Positions 1 to 14,174 are shown, numbered from the whole stretch's first letter. The stretch is DNA of 59,534 nucleotides, filler included, from Dugesia japonica (GCA_001938525.1; 6 parts of 6 records of this genome joined end to end with filler, not necessarily neighbours in it), one strand, 5' to 3'. Notes: generated from the sequence alone by a model not told the origin. Made by a program: numbers and translations.

Positions 1-216
1 TCTTCAACAAATCAAATCAATTAAGAACATTCAATAAAGATTTCGAAGTTTTAATTGATTTGATTTATTGAAGAGATTGCATAATTGCTTACATAATCAG
101 AATTTTTTATAATCATTTTTTAAAAAAATGAAAAAAAGAAATAAATATTGTTTCAATAAATAATTTTCAAAAAATAATTAAATTATTGTATCCAAAGATG
201 ACAGTTATGCTGTCGA

Positions 217-217
<1 letters not shown>

Positions 218-284
<67 letters not shown>
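218..284. repeat. (TAT)n microsatellite running into an assembly gap
   Basis: Perfect tat repeat seen directly. Confidence 0.95.
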
Positions 285-382
285 NNNNNNNNNNNNNNNN
301 NNNNNNNNNNNNNNNNNNNNNNNNNNNNNNNNNNATTATCATTATCATCATTATTAATCATCTCCTCTAAAATTTTATAAAG

Positions 383-3300
383 CGCTTGACGGTATCGATT
401 TTATAATATATGATGATGAAAATGAATTATTAGTAGAGGAATTTATATGAAAAGTTAAAATATTTTATACATATCATAATTTTGATTGATTTTTAAAATT
501 TTTAGATGTCTGCAATGAATATAATATGCGAATCAGGATGTGATCATAGATTTTGTCCAACTTGTATGTTATTTATACATTTAATTAATTAATTAATGTA
601 TATTGTATTATATTCCACCAAATATTATTATCAAGAAGTATACGTAAAACTCTAAATTACTTTATTTTAAGGAATATTTAATATCCACAAGTAGCAAAAA
701 TTCAAAGAATATTTAACACGTTCAAATTTAATATTAAAACTTTATATCCTGATAAACATAGTCACCCTATTGATTTGCGATTATTTTGCTTTCTTTATAA
801 TTAATTTTAGCCATTTGAATCAGAACACCACTTTATTTGGATTTTTAGAAATATTTATAGAAAATTTATGTGGTTTATTTTAATGGATTTCGAAGTCAAA
901 CTGTATTGGGCCATTTATTTTTATCAATTCCTTATTTTGAAGGTTTTAAAATGTTTAAGTATTCGATTCTAAAATCTACTAAGAATTTTCGTTTATTGGA
1001 AATTGTTTCCACTTCATATAAAATTGTTAATAGTTTTGTTAATAGATCCCATAAATCGATTGGTTTGTGTTATAACCTTGTTTATAAATTTAAATGTAAT
1101 CAGTATAATGCTACATAAATGGAAGAAATAGCCCGTCATTACTGTACAAGATTTCAAGAGCACAATTGTATTGGTTGTGGTTGTAATATTGCCGAGAATA
1201 AAAATAAATGTAATGCAAAATTGACATTGAAAATTTTGAAAATATTGGAAGAGTGTTGTATGATGCTTTATTGATTATGTTACATAATCAAAGCATCAAT
1301 ATACAGACAGCTCTTTCGACTAAATTAATAAAACTTTGTTAGATTTAAATTTGGATTATTTATAAGTTTTTTTAATTCTATAATTTTTTAATAAAATTTC
1401 AAAATTCTAAAAGTTTTGAATTTTTATTATAGATTTTGAAATTTCGATACATATTTTAATTTTATTAAATGTCATTATTAAAGAAATGGAGAAAAAGTAT
1501 TTTCTATGTTTTACGATGGATTTGGAAAACTTTTATTGATTTCTGACAAATTTTTAAAATATTTCATCTATATTTAGTAAATATCTGAAAAGATTACATC
1601 ATTTTTTTAGTAAATATACATCGAGCATTTATTAAAATTTTGTGTAGATCTAAAGGAATTTGTATAAGTTTTATGTCTTAAAAAATTAGTTTCCATTTCA
1701 TTCTTAATAAATTTAGTGTATAAACGGATAGAATAAGCGATTCAATGGGTAGATTGAATAGTTAAAATACATTAAGGAAATGATTGTACGTAGTTAAAGG
1801 GTTGATGAGTGAACACAGTGCTCTCCTTTAAAGAATCATAATAAGTGAAAGGACGCACAGATAGCATAGCTAAAAGAATGTATCAAAAGGGGTATACACA
1901 GAACTTATTTTCCCTACCAATATATATTAGATGGTTTTCCAGGCAAGAATAGTATTCAAAAATACATAAGGTAGCCGTAATATCAATGTTAGACGTTCCT
2001 CCAGCAATAATAACATTTGAATTTATATTTTTATCAATAATATGAATATTTTGTTTCATAACATAATATATTTTCTTATTACTTGGTTTTCAATTTAATT
2101 AAAATCGCTTAATATAAGGTAATATCCTTAAATGGATAGAAAAAAATAATTAGAGCAAAGCATATGTGAAACTATTAGAAGAAAATTTCATAAGAGTAAA
2201 GAACCAAAAAAAATTGGAATCGACTTGGATCTTAATGTAAATACCATCTCTTTTGTAATTAAACTGTTTAAAGACACTGGGCAAGTAGAGACCAAAAGAA
2301 AAAGAGAAAATCGACAAAAAAAGATGAACAACNNNNNNNNNNNNNNNNNNNNNNNNNNNNNNNNNNNNNNNNNNNNNNNNNNATATGAATATTTTGTTTC
2401 ATAACATAATATATTTTCTTATTACTTGGTTTTCAATTTAATTAAAATCGCTTAATATAAGGTAATATCCTTAAATGGATAGAAAAAAATAATTAGAGCA
2501 AAGCATATGTGAAACTATTAGAAGAAAATTTCATAAGAGTNNNNNNNNNNNNNNNNNNNNNNNNNNNNNNNNNNNNNNNNNNNNNNNNNNNNNNNNNNNN
2601 NNNNNNNNNNNNNNNNNNNNNNNNNNNNNNNNNNNNNNNNNNNNNNNNNNNNNNNNNNNNNNNNNNNNNNNNNNNNNNNNNNNNNNNNNNNNNNNNNNNN
2701 NNNNNNNNNNNNNNNNNNNNNNNNNNNNNNNNNNNNNNNNNNNNNNNNNNNNNNNNNNAATTCAAATTGATGCAAGTATTTCAAAAATAACTTGTGTATT
2801 AACGAAAATGATTTAATCCATAAAAGAACGGTTTAGGTACCAGAAACCCGTAACTCGCTTTAAAATATACATCTTAGACAATCATATTGCGATAATTACA
2901 TGTTTCAAAATGAAAAAAACTTAATATTTATGGTTGATTTTGGTATCAGTTGCAGTACTCGAGTTGCTTATGGAAACAATATTGTTGGCACGCCAGCAAG
3001 GAAACCTATAAGGTATATTACGTCTAAAACATATCGGTTTGTACCGACATTGGTAAAAGAGGAATACATTATTTTAAAACAAAAAATTTGTCTTTTAATA
3101 TTCAAGAATTCTTAATTTTCTGTATTAATTTCTTAATTTCTTAACGTCTTCTTGCTTCTTCTCAATTAAATCCAATCGAGGAGTCTTTAAGCAATACGAT
3201 AAAAGGAGTTTTAAATAAATTTATTGAGTTCTTTTTTATAAAAAATAATATTTTATTTCTAAATATAAAGTCATGGTCATTTTACTAAATGACAAGTCCG

Positions 3301-6300
3301 TTTTATTTAAAATACAAACCCATTAAATTAAATGAAAAACCCTGTTATATTTAAAGAGCTTNNNNNNNNNNNNNNNNNNNNNNNNNNNNNNNNNNNNNNN
3401 NNNNNNNNNNNNNNNNNNNNNNNNNNNNNNNNNNNNNNNNNNNNNNNTTATTTGAAAGAATTATGTTTCTTCTTTGACTGATAAACACTTCTAATTTCAT
3501 TTGTATATTTTAGCTTTGCAAAAAAATGATTTCAGTAATATTCAAGCAAAGAAATCCTTAAATTCCGGTAACATATATTTTTGCAAATCTTCAACGTCTA
3601 ATAAGGAGTTTGCCATTAAAGTTTTGGCAGTAACATTTAATGATATCAAAAATGTTGAAAAAAATATTAATGAATGCACGAAAGATTTATCTAATGAGAG
3701 AATCGTCAAATACTATGGAGTAATGGAAAATCAAAATCATTTACAAGTTCTCATGGAATATATCGATGGAGTAAGTTATTTATATTACTTCTTTTCAATT
3801 ATAAATATCATGTTTATGTTGTTTTAATACTAAATTATTTGTAAATTCGTAAATTAATGAAATAAATGAATTCGAGTGGGATTTAGCGATGAAGAACATT
3901 TCCGAGTACAGTTAAAATCTCCGTTTTAACCAGTCATAGTTGTAGTTCCATTCGACAAAATGGGGTTGAATAGGATACTGTTAGAAACTGATCTTGTCAC
4001 AATTCATTTGGATTAATATTTTTTTGAATTATACGTTGAAATGTTTGTTTTTTAATATTTCTTTATTAAGTTTGTTGATTGCATCTGTTCTGTGACAATG
4101 ATGAAACAATTGTGATACTTATTTCTGATGATAATTCAGAATAAAAAACAAAATTTTGGAAACTCTTCCTTTATAAAATATTAACGAAAAGTTTAAATAA
4201 TAAAGAAANTTTTTTTTCGTTTCTTCAGTTCTAAAAAAATATATTATTGATGTATAATAAGGAAAGCGCTGATAAACAGAGAAGAGAACTTGTGCTTGTT
4301 TCATATGCAGTATTTAATGCATTTTTATAAATTACATGAAATGTTTTTGATAATTGTAAGATAATTTTTAAAAGCCAATTTGAATTTTTTGTGTTACTAG
4401 CAAAATTTATTGGAATCAGTTTTGTTAAATATTTAAATTTGTATTATAAATATAATTTATAAATAGATAAATTATCATTTTCATTATTTATAAAAATAAC
4501 CAAATATGTATTGAAATTTTTGTAATTTTGTTAATATTCTTAAAATTTTCAAATTTTATATATTTTTAATGTATTTTTAATTATTAAAATTTTAGATAAT
4601 ATAAAAGATACAAAATTTTAAATATAATGGATTATAAAATATTGTCAATGAAATGTTTTTTTCTGTATATTTAAATTTGACATTAGAAAAAAGCAAATTA
4701 ATCTAAATAATTTTGTTTTGTGAATATATTTTCTATGGAATTGAGTTTTGATAATTATGATCTGATAAGTCAATTTTATAGAACTTCAAACTTATCTAAC
4801 AATAATAATAACCTTATTATAATAATAAAGGCGCTACCTCCGTACTGTATTATTTTCTTTCATCTTTTCTCTTCATTTTTGCTATGATTTTTACAATATA
4901 CAAGAAATGTTTAATTGAGTCCGCAATGAAGTGTAAATGCCAGTATGTTATGCTATATAGTATTCCTTACTATTTCTTTTATTGTATTGGCATAATTATT
5001 ATAAATTAGATACACTATATTNNNNNNNNNNNNNNNNNNNNNNNNNNNNNNNNNNNNNNNNNNNNNNNNNNNNNNNNNNNNNNNNNNNNNNNNAAATTTG
5101 AATGTAAAAACATTTTAACGTAGTCAAAAGAGTTGTTTGTACATTAATTGTTGAATTATGAAATCTAATCTCCTCTGATAATTTATTTTCAATTGAATAT
5201 GTAAAAATAAATAATTTTATTGAATTGGTAAACTCAAAACTTAATTCCGATAAATTTCCATTTAACTTTAATTATAATAATAATTTTTGAAAAACAAGAG
5301 GTAAATATTGAATAAATTAATACTAGTCGGTTTTTTTTAAAATTTTATGTGTAAAACATATTTTAATAAATTTGATATTGGTATTTTTAGATTTCTCTAC
5401 ACGATGAAATACTTAATGAGAAGGTATTATCTTGGATTACCACTATGAATTACACAAAACAAATACTCCAAGGACTGGAATACTTGCATGGTAAGGGTAT
5501 TGTTCATAATAATTTACAACGTAATTTTAATTTTTCATTATACTTTATTATTTTTAGTTTAGCATCTAAAATCTTGTTAGACAATGCTCACAATATAAAA
5601 TTAATAGATTTTATTGAGTATAAATCTACACTACCTAACCTTGATCCTTCATTTCGTGGAATTGTTAATTTTATAGCTCCAGAAGTAAGAAAAGGAAATT
5701 GTTACAAACAATCAGCAAATATTTGGTCTTTGGGAGCTATAATTGTTAATATGTTAACAGGTTTGCCAATGTATTAATTGTATTGAAATATATTGATAGT
5801 AATAATGATTTTCTTAGATATTATATTAACTGATACAAGAAAAATGGCTACAGATTTGTATTTTTAATAGTATGTTAATCATGGTTGTCAAATAAGTGTC
5901 ATCAGATAAATCAATTGAAAATAAAACATTAAGTGAAATAATCTATCAAATTATTTCCTCATTCGTTGTTAGATCAACAAATAGATAACAAATATGCCTG
6001 ATGTAAGCGGTAGGTCAAAGCCTGTATCACAGGTGTGCGCTATGTCATCAGTCTGATTTTTACANTATTTAAATAAGTTATAAAATGAACCATTTAAAAC
6101 TTTAACAGAGAAACTATTTAAAATTAATTTTGCAGTTGTAAATAGGAAATAAAGTATTAATTTTAAAATTAACTGCTATTATTTTACATATGGAAAACCT
6201 TTGATTATGAAATGTTAATAACAAGTAACAAAACATTGAAAAATAATCGGGCGCGTAGTCAAAGCATGTAGGTGAAAGAAGAAAAATCATCGCACTGGTG

Positions 6301-8426
6301 CATATGTACATGTAATTAAGTCTTCACCGACATAATGCAAATATTCTACACTGATTCACAATAGTTGGGACATGGTGACGCATGGCGCCAACTCCCTCTA
6401 CCCTCCCCCACGCGCATAGAACAATTATTGGGTACAGAATTTGGTTGGTCAAAAATTTAGACGTTTTTCGCCCCGTGTATGTATATAGAATCTTAATCAA
6501 GCCATGAGTCATTTATTGGATCTCGCTGTAAATGTGTGAGTGTGCCACTCTGATGTTTAATTGTTTGTTTAAATTAAGTGAAATTAATGGTATTTTGCTT
6601 AAGTTAACCGATTCTTTACAAAGCTTCGTTTAAATTGAGAGATTTTTATAATATTTATTAAGTTGACAGAAATTTAATTTTTAATTCAAATTAAATGAAT
6701 TTTTTGTCAATAATCGTACGCTGATAATTGTAAATACGATAAAGGTATAAGTGAAATTCAGAATTCAATATGAAACAATTAAATCTGTTGTGGTAAAACC
6801 GGTACTACTAAATCTAATAAGAGGAAGAGAATTATGGAGACAGTTTTGGTTATAATAATATAAATGCAAACAGAATCCAATTCATAGCACAATAATAATT
6901 CAAATTAAGTACCAAACTATGATTATTTAGACTGCTCTTGACATTAATAAATTGCCCGATGAAAACATAAAAATGTATTTCCTGCGGAAAGATTTTCAAA
7001 AATTTATAATGTACCTTTAACCTCAATTTTCATAGAGAAGAAAGCATTTTACAATGCAAGCTCACGAAACAAGCCTGCATTACCTTTTAATTTCTTATCC
7101 AATGATATCTGTTTTGCCTCGAAATCTTGTATACCACGCGGTATATTTCACCACTCTTAAGGAAAAATGTATTCCTCAATAGTAGTTCATTAAACAATAT
7201 AAATGGTATCAAAATATCAATTAGTATAATGGAAATATTTTTCTGTACAACGGTTTTAATAATTTTTGATAATCTGAATATTGATGAAACAATTTTTTAA
7301 ATAACAGAATTTTACAACATCCAAAAACGTGCCCAACGATATAAAAGTTAATTGAATCGGATAATAATTACAAAAGCAAGAACAGTTTATATTAAAAATC
7401 CACGATAAATCATTAGGGTAATACAGTGCGCTACACTATTTTATATCGAAAATTATATATTTTCAACCAAAAGTCATTTCGATAATGTATAGATAGGTTT
7501 TCATTCTGAGTCAAATAATAGAAACAATGTTTTAAATAAAATATTTAAAAACGAACAATTAGTAAATTCGATTTCAGAAACACACGTATTAAAATGTTGT
7601 CATGATCTATTTGACTGTCTAGGGGGTGCTCTCGCTAATCTGTTTGGTTGAAATCACTGTGCATGATTTCTCTGTATAACACTTGTATAATCTTTACTCA
7701 TTGGTCACAAAGAAGGAAACTTTTTCTCACATTCTGATTGATCAAAACGGCGTAAATTTCAAGGCCATACAAATAAAGTATCAATTTAATTGGTTCATTT
7801 TTCAATAACCATATACTACTTACAATTATTTACTTACAAATTGTAAATATCTGATAAACGACTTATAATAGGTATGTGCTCACTTATCTAATTATCATAA
7901 ATCTTTAACTTTAACTTTCAATATTTCAATTATTAATTAACTTAAATTTATAATTAATTTAGTAATTTAATTCTCATTTTTGAAATTCTTATATAATTTT
8001 ATATTATTTACTTTTTTAATTATTTAAATTTAATTTTTCAAATATTTTTTCCTAACGAAATCAAATTTTCAGTGCTAAAATCAGAATCTTAAAAAAACAA
8101 AATAATTTTTAAAATTTCTAAAATAATGATTGTTAATTAAAGTTCAAACTGATAGATTTTATTTAGTTCTTGTTGTTATATTACAAATATTAAAATGTTA
8201 ATATTTAACTGTAATATAAATTAATGCAGGAAATCCTCCAACTCTAGAAATGCTTTTATCAGAAATCATGAACAATATAAAAACGAAAACTACATTACCA
8301 CCAGAAATAAAAGAGATAGAAATAATGGACAATTTTATGAACTGTTTACTGAATTTAGAACCAACAAACCGATCATCTGCATCTCAATTACTGAAACATA
8401 AAATATTTTGTATTTTACGAGAATAA
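383..8426 (+). CDS. MEKK/MAP3K(STE11)-like protein kinase-domain gene, probable pseudokinase. Exons 3514-3770, 5391-5520, 5563-5760, 8230-8426; tentative upstream exons 383-432 and 506-563
   Basis: GT-AG splicing in consistent phase gives ...FAIKVL...IVKYYG...VLMEYIDG|ISLHDEI...YTKQILQGLEYLHGKGIVHNNLQ|PSKILLD...IKLIDFI...FIAPEV...ANIWSLGAIIVNMLT|GNPP...LEPTNRSSASQLLKHKIF-CILRE-stop (TAA 8424-8426), i.e. kinase subdomains II-XI in order. The two upstream exons are phase-compatible but less certain. Confidence 0.85.
2132..3200 (+). mobile_element. Decayed Tc1/IS630-like transposase remnant inside a kinase intron
   Basis: HTH-like N-terminus (..KKIGIDLDLNVNTISFVIKLFKDTGQVETKRKR), NLIFMVDFG..TRVAYG..VGTPA (degenerate first catalytic-D block) and SSQLNPIEE (cf. 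SPDLNPIE). Contains stops and gaps. Confidence 0.65.
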
Positions 8427-8949
8427 TCAACAAAATAATTTATTAATAATGTTGGCTTTTTAGAATTTTGATGTTAAAAATCACAAGCATTTATGATACC
8501 TCTGCACCATGCTCCTCTCTTTCTTGTGTTCAGCGCGACTTTGTGGTATCGCGTCTAGCTCTCTGATTATCGATGTTTACAAAAGAATACCATTAACTCG
8601 CTCAGCTCACTTTGATGAAACATCCATACATATATAGACCTGGTCGCAAATATTCATAATAAATTCATTAAAATCACATATTTTTAACATTTATTCTTTA
8701 TTTAATATTAAACTTTTAATTTAATTTTATTTTAATTAATTTAATTTAATATTAAACTCAGGCATTCTTAAATTTATCAATTTCGGTTAACAATCTCTTT
8801 TGATTAACGAATAATAAAACAATTGATATGCATTATGATTTTTTGGCCTGCGACCTATCATTTTTGGATCCACCGCTCCTAGATTACGGACCAGAGAAGA
8901 TACAAGCTTTAAACTACAATCTTTTCTCGTCTCCAATCGTACAAAGCTC

Positions 8950-10559
8950 GCGCACGAATTTCCCTATCGTTCCATTCAAACTCAACGTTTAAAATAACTA
9001 TTTCCATTACTAACTTTATTGCTCCAAATATTTTTTGTCACAACCTGCTTCCTCATCTATGAAATTTATTTTAGCTTCATCAATTATTCCTGTTTTACTG
9101 GTTTCTGAATTGTTATATTTAGAATGAATATTTATTTTCAGGCCAAAAACTATTTCAAAAAGAGAAAATTTAATCGAATTCTGCTGAGTTGCATTAATGC
9201 TGGATTCAATTCTTGGCAGTAATTCAAACCAAGTCCTTTCTTTACATTTATTTTTTATTGATGTTGTCATTATATCTCGTACCGTTCGTATCACTCGTTC
9301 TACCAAAACATTTGATTGGTGTTGATAAGGTGAAGTTAATTCTTGTATTATATTCAGTTTTGATATCTTTTCTTTGATAAAATTGCTTTCAAAATTTTTT
9401 CCTCTGTCTGTCAAAATACTGATTGGCTTTCCGTTACGATATATCCAATTATTCAAAATAACTTTGAATACAGATTGATCACCTAATTTAGATATTGCTG
9501 TTAAACCAACTAATTTGCTAAATCTGTCTACAATAACAACAAGATACTTTTTATTAAACTCAGTTTGGTTCATATATGCAATGTCTACGGCAATTTGCTC
9601 AAGTATATTATGACTTTGTCTAGGAATCAGTGTTTCTTTAGTACGACTTTGAGTAATTTTCATTTTAGCACAAATTATACATTGTTTTTAACACGCTTGT
9701 ATTGTATTCATCATTGATGACCAAAAACAATGATCCTTAAGATAATTAAAAAATTCTTTCCCTCCAAGATGTCATAGATCGTTGTGTATCATTATTACTA
9801 ATACATTAGCAAATTTCATTGGTACTAAAATTAATATATGTTTACCGTCTTCCTTAACAAATAAATCATCAATAATTTTCAAGTTTTCAATACTTTTATA
9901 CAGGTAACTATTTTTCCAGATTTCTGAGCATTCCGTAATTTCACTAATTAAGTACCTTTTAATTTTGACTACTTTTAATATTGTCCACAAAATTCAATGT
10001 TTGGTCTAGACCATTTATGTATTTAACTTTTAACTTGCTGTTTTTTGGCATCTTTGTGTTTCGTTTCACACTGCGAACATAATACATCAGATATTCTTGA
10101 TAAAGCATCTGCATTATTATGCTCACTTTCTTTTCTATATTGAAGATCTAAATCATACTCAGAAAAATTGGCCATCCAAGTTTGAAATTGAGGACTTATC
10201 GGTTTTCTTGTTGTTTTCATAAAAAATAGAGCTTTGTGATTAGTTCTAGCGATAAATTGTTTGCCATATAAGTATTGTTTAAAATACATAACATATTCAT
10301 GTAACGCTAATAATTCTTTTCTAGTAACACAATAACCTTTTTCATGAGAAGAAAGATGTCGTTATCCAAATGCAATTACTGTTTCATCACGATTTTCTTT
10401 AATTTGACTTAATACAGCTCCTATTGCTCCAAAAACTAGCATCTGTATATAAAATAAACATTCGATTTTTTCTAGGATAATCTAAAATAGGTGCAGAACA
10501 TAATTTATTTTTCAAGTCATTAAAACTTTGATCGCATTCATTTGTCCAATAAAGTTTTT
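8950..10559 (-). mobile_element. Ty3/Gypsy retrotransposon pol fragment (RNase H + integrase), disrupted
   Basis: RNase H (HEKGYCVTRKELLAL, RTNHKAL, NADALSR) and integrase core (IAVDIA, VIVDRFSK, ILTDRG, TSPYQHQSN..VERVIRT). Frameshifts and stops present. Confidence 0.9.
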
Positions 10560-10576
10560 NNNNNNNNNNNNNNNNN

Positions 10577-12495
10577 ATATAATTAATTAACTAATTAATT
10601 TAAATAATATATGTATTGATATTTATATATGTATTTATATTTGTGTCACATAATTCGCATCATAAACTCTTCGAAAGATAATTGATATTCCATCTTATGT
10701 AATAATAAGAAATGGAAATTATTATATCATAACTTAACCTATGATAAATCAAATCATAGGTTGAGATGTGATATAAATATATATATATATATATATATAT
10801 TTCGATGAATCAGAAGCGATTCAGAATATATTTTGATATCTAATAAATATTTATAATAGATTTGTGTTTTATCTTAACCCAACATGGCGACATCACAGGC
10901 TCTAATAAACAGACTGGTACAAGATTTATATGATAGAAGAATGGATCTAGAAACCTTAATTTCAGATTGCTGGAGATTTTTCGACGTCGCAAATATTGAC
11001 AAAAATTCAAGAGGATTAATCATCAAAACAATGAACAACAGAGAATTGATTCCAGTATATCAAGCAGTTGACATCAAAATTATCAGTTTAGAAGAAAGAT
11101 TGAGAAAAGCGTTTCAAAAGCCATGTTCCCTTATTAGTGATCTTAAAGAAATCATGGAATACCGAAAAGGATCGACTACTGCGGAAAATTATTTTGAAGA
11201 TGTAAATCGTATGACGGAAAAATTATTGCGACACAAATGGGANAAAAATGAACTAACAAAGTATTTTTTAATTCATTGCGTTGATGACAAAGAAATTCAG
11301 AAAGAAATAAAAATGAGAGAAGCAACAGATGTGCCAGAAATTGAAAAAATTGTTAAAAAGATCGATAGTATTATGATGGATGAAGAAGTTGCACCAATAA
11401 GACGAGTTACATTTGCAGAGGTGGCAGGGGTGAGAAGAAATTTAGAGAATATCAAAACAAGAATTTAAAACCTCCTCATGTGAGGGAACATCAAATGCCT
11501 AAGAAAATAATATGTTGGACATGCGGATTTAAAGGTCATTTTTTCACGACAATGTAGAATGGTGCCAAATGTAAGACGCTATGCTTGTAATGAAGAAGGG
11601 CATATATGAAAAAATTGTCATAAAGTCAAATCAGGCCATTTGGAAAAACAGTGTTATTTCAAAACTGAATTTTAAAGACATCAATTCAGAAATAGATCCA
11701 ATACAAGACTTAAACGAGAAAATAATCGAAATGATAATCCATAAAACTTTTATGCGAACAGAGAAAATGGGAACAGAAATGAAGATTATGGTAACTATCC
11801 GCAAAATTCGTTATTAAGAGAGTACAAGAATTCAGTTGATAACAATAGACAAATCCGAGTAGTAGTTGTAGATGAGGATTTCTCGGATGATCAAGAAGAA
11901 ACATTCAGATAAAATTACCCAAAAAACGAGTCTCGACCATGCGAAGAGAAGATCAGAGCCATGCAGTAAAAGATGGGATTATGTTGACACAAATTGTTCA
12001 TATTATAATAGATGTAGTGATAATACGTATTATATGAGTAAATTTGATAACAATAATGTTAATAATAAATTTTAAAAAATTAAATATTTTGATAATGAAA
12101 ATTTGATGATTACGGATAATGATTTAAATAATGATAAAAATTTTAATAACTTTAATAATAAGGATTTAATTGAAAATAATTATTTTGATAATAGAAATGT
12201 TATGATTAAAATTAATGATTTAGATAATGTTGTAATGTTTAATGATAGTAATTTTTGCCGTAAAAAATAAATTAAAATGAATTATTTTGACAAAGGAAAT
12301 TTTATGATAAAAAATAATAACTTAAATATTGATAAAATAAATTATCCTTGCAGAAATGGGTTTATGGATAATAATCAAAAATCAATAGATAAAAATAGAA
12401 TTTTAACTTCGGAATTAGAATTGATAGACAAAAGTATTGAAAGAAATAGTGATGAGGTATTTGAGGAAAATTATGAGATTTTAGAAAATTTTGAT
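10577..12495 (+). mobile_element. Ty3/Gypsy 5' portion: LTR-like segment, PBS-like TGGCGAC and gag with CCHC zinc knuckles
   Basis: ORF 10884-11468 is gag-like. Downstream CWTCGFKGH.. and CYACNEEGH..C knuckles are frameshifted. CA|TGGCGAC at 10883-10891. Segment 10577-10681 recurs in reverse complement at 40397-40483. Confidence 0.75.
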
Positions 12496-12539
12496 NNNNN
12501 NNNNNNNNNNNNNNNNNNNNNNNNNNNNNNNNNNNNNNN

Positions 12540-12551
12540 TTAATTAATTAA
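12540..12551. other. Artificial contig linker TTAATTAATTAA flanked by 44 N on each side (also 21410-21421, 31927-31938, 40341-40352, 48583-48594)
   Basis: Identical 100-nt N44-12mer-N44 unit occurs five times; the 12-mer has stops in all six frames. Confidence 0.95.
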
Positions 12552-12684
12552 NNNNNNNNNNNNNNNNNNNNNNNNNNNNNNNNNNNNNNNNNNNNATGTT
12601 ATGCTAAATTCTGGGGATATTATTTGAAAATTTCAAAAAATAAAAAACAAATGAAAATGTAATTTATTACAGATAACAAATCAA

Positions 12685-13620
12685 TTGTGTAATTTCCAAC
12701 TGGATTCTCAACCATTCCCTATCTTTCCACTAAACTTTGAACATCTNNNNNNNNNNNNNNNNNNNNNNNNNNNNNNNNNNNNNNNNNNNNNNNNNNNNNN
12801 NNNNNTCTTTGTTCCAAAATGATTTTTCTGACAAAATGTGGACAATAATAGAAGGAAATAATAATCAGATAAAGCACAAACGAAGAAACAAATGATGTGA
12901 CAAGAGTTCCCATTTCAAGCCTTGAAAACTTTGCATATTCTTCATTGCTGCATATTTTTTGACTTTGGACTGGTGAAATATAATCCTTTATTTGATAAGG
13001 GGTTGCTATACAACTCANNNNNNNNNNNNNNNNNNNNNNNNNNNNNNNNNNNNNNNNNNNNNNNNNNAATAATCAGATAAAGCACAAACAAAGAAACGAA
13101 TGATGTGACAAGAGTTCCCATTTCAAGCCTTGAAAACTTTGCATATTCTTTATTGCTGCATATTTTTTGACTTTGGACTGGTGAAATATAATCCTTTATT
13201 TGATAAGGGGTTGCTATACAACTCAATTGTTCACAGTGAATTTCTGCATTAATGATCTCTCCATCTTTAAAACGTCTAAATGAATAATTCCTTTATGGTC
13301 TCGCTATATGCACTATTGATACTTTTCGGATGCAACTCTGGTTTGAAGATAAATATTAGTACTTAAACTTTAGATCTCTATTGCTGTTTTTTAGGGTTTT
13401 TATATGATATCCATTTCTCTTCTTCCGTCCACATTTGTCTTAAAAAATTCTCAAGTTTATTCTCAAGTTGAAGTAGTAAAAAATGGAAAGGCAAGAGACT
13501 CATTTCTTTCTGAATCTATGTCAATTCTCTAGACAGCCAAACAACATGAATTATATTTTAAAATCATTCTTTCATTAAAGTATATATGAGACTTATTTTG
13601 TTGGAATATTATAAATATTC
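12685..13620 (-). mobile_element. Decayed mariner transposase
   Basis: Minus-strand fragments FLRQMWTEEEKWISYKN, KPELHPK, DHKGIIHLDVLKDGEIINAEIHCEQL and C-terminal DVQSLVER..GNY follow the mariner DD34D layout. Confidence 0.7.
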
Positions 13621-14174
13621 AGAATTTTTAACTGTCAACAAAAACCAAAACAATTTGTAATTAAATAAATATTTATGGAGACTTGCAATATTTGTAACCA
13701 AATTAATATACATAATTGTTCATGTGAGAGGATTATTAATCAGGAGCATAATTAACAGAAAATTCATAATATATAATACACCAATAATTAGTTCACTTCT
13801 ATACTAAGTCAACAAAAACAGTTTCATTTCTTTTTAACGTTTTAATAGGTCACTTCTAATAGTAGTAAAACTCTAAAGTGAATATTTTTATGATTTATTT
13901 TCATGAGATTTGAAATGGTATTAATACATGTTTTCTAGTACGCATCAATTCTTCCTATTGGCTTGTTAACATCATTCGATCTTTCAATAATTTCTGTTTG
14001 CTAAGCTTATCACTTCACATCATACCACTTATTCCTATTGGCTAGTTTTGAAATTCCAAAACTATGGAATTTAATTGGCTATACTTATAAAAACTGTATC
14101 TTTTTGGTGAAGCTACTTCTTTCTAACCGAAATTACTAAAATCTACATATTCTTTCCGACAATAATATTCTTTT

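Noticed and set aside
186-380. Poly-Tyr ORF and other ORFs spanning N runs or microsatellites (2493-2790, 22877-23113, 59166-59427)
   Set aside because: Artefacts of simple repeats and gaps.
870-1274. ORF 870-1118 and in-frame Cys-rich continuation 1119-1274 as a zinc-finger exon or stop-readthrough case
   Set aside because: No convincing splice sites or domain spacing. Confident host exons use standard stops, so there is no support for an alternative genetic code.
2040-2540. Tandem duplication 2040-2197 / 2383-2540 (similar cases at 12860-13225 and 32188-32286)
   Set aside because: Near-identical copies flank N gaps, typical of unmerged contig overlaps.
12496-12595. Recurring palindrome TTAATTAATTAA every ~8-10 kb, which could look like a regularly spaced functional site
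   Set aside because: Always flanked by exactly 44 N on each side, so it is an assembly linker. Adjacency across these points is unproven.
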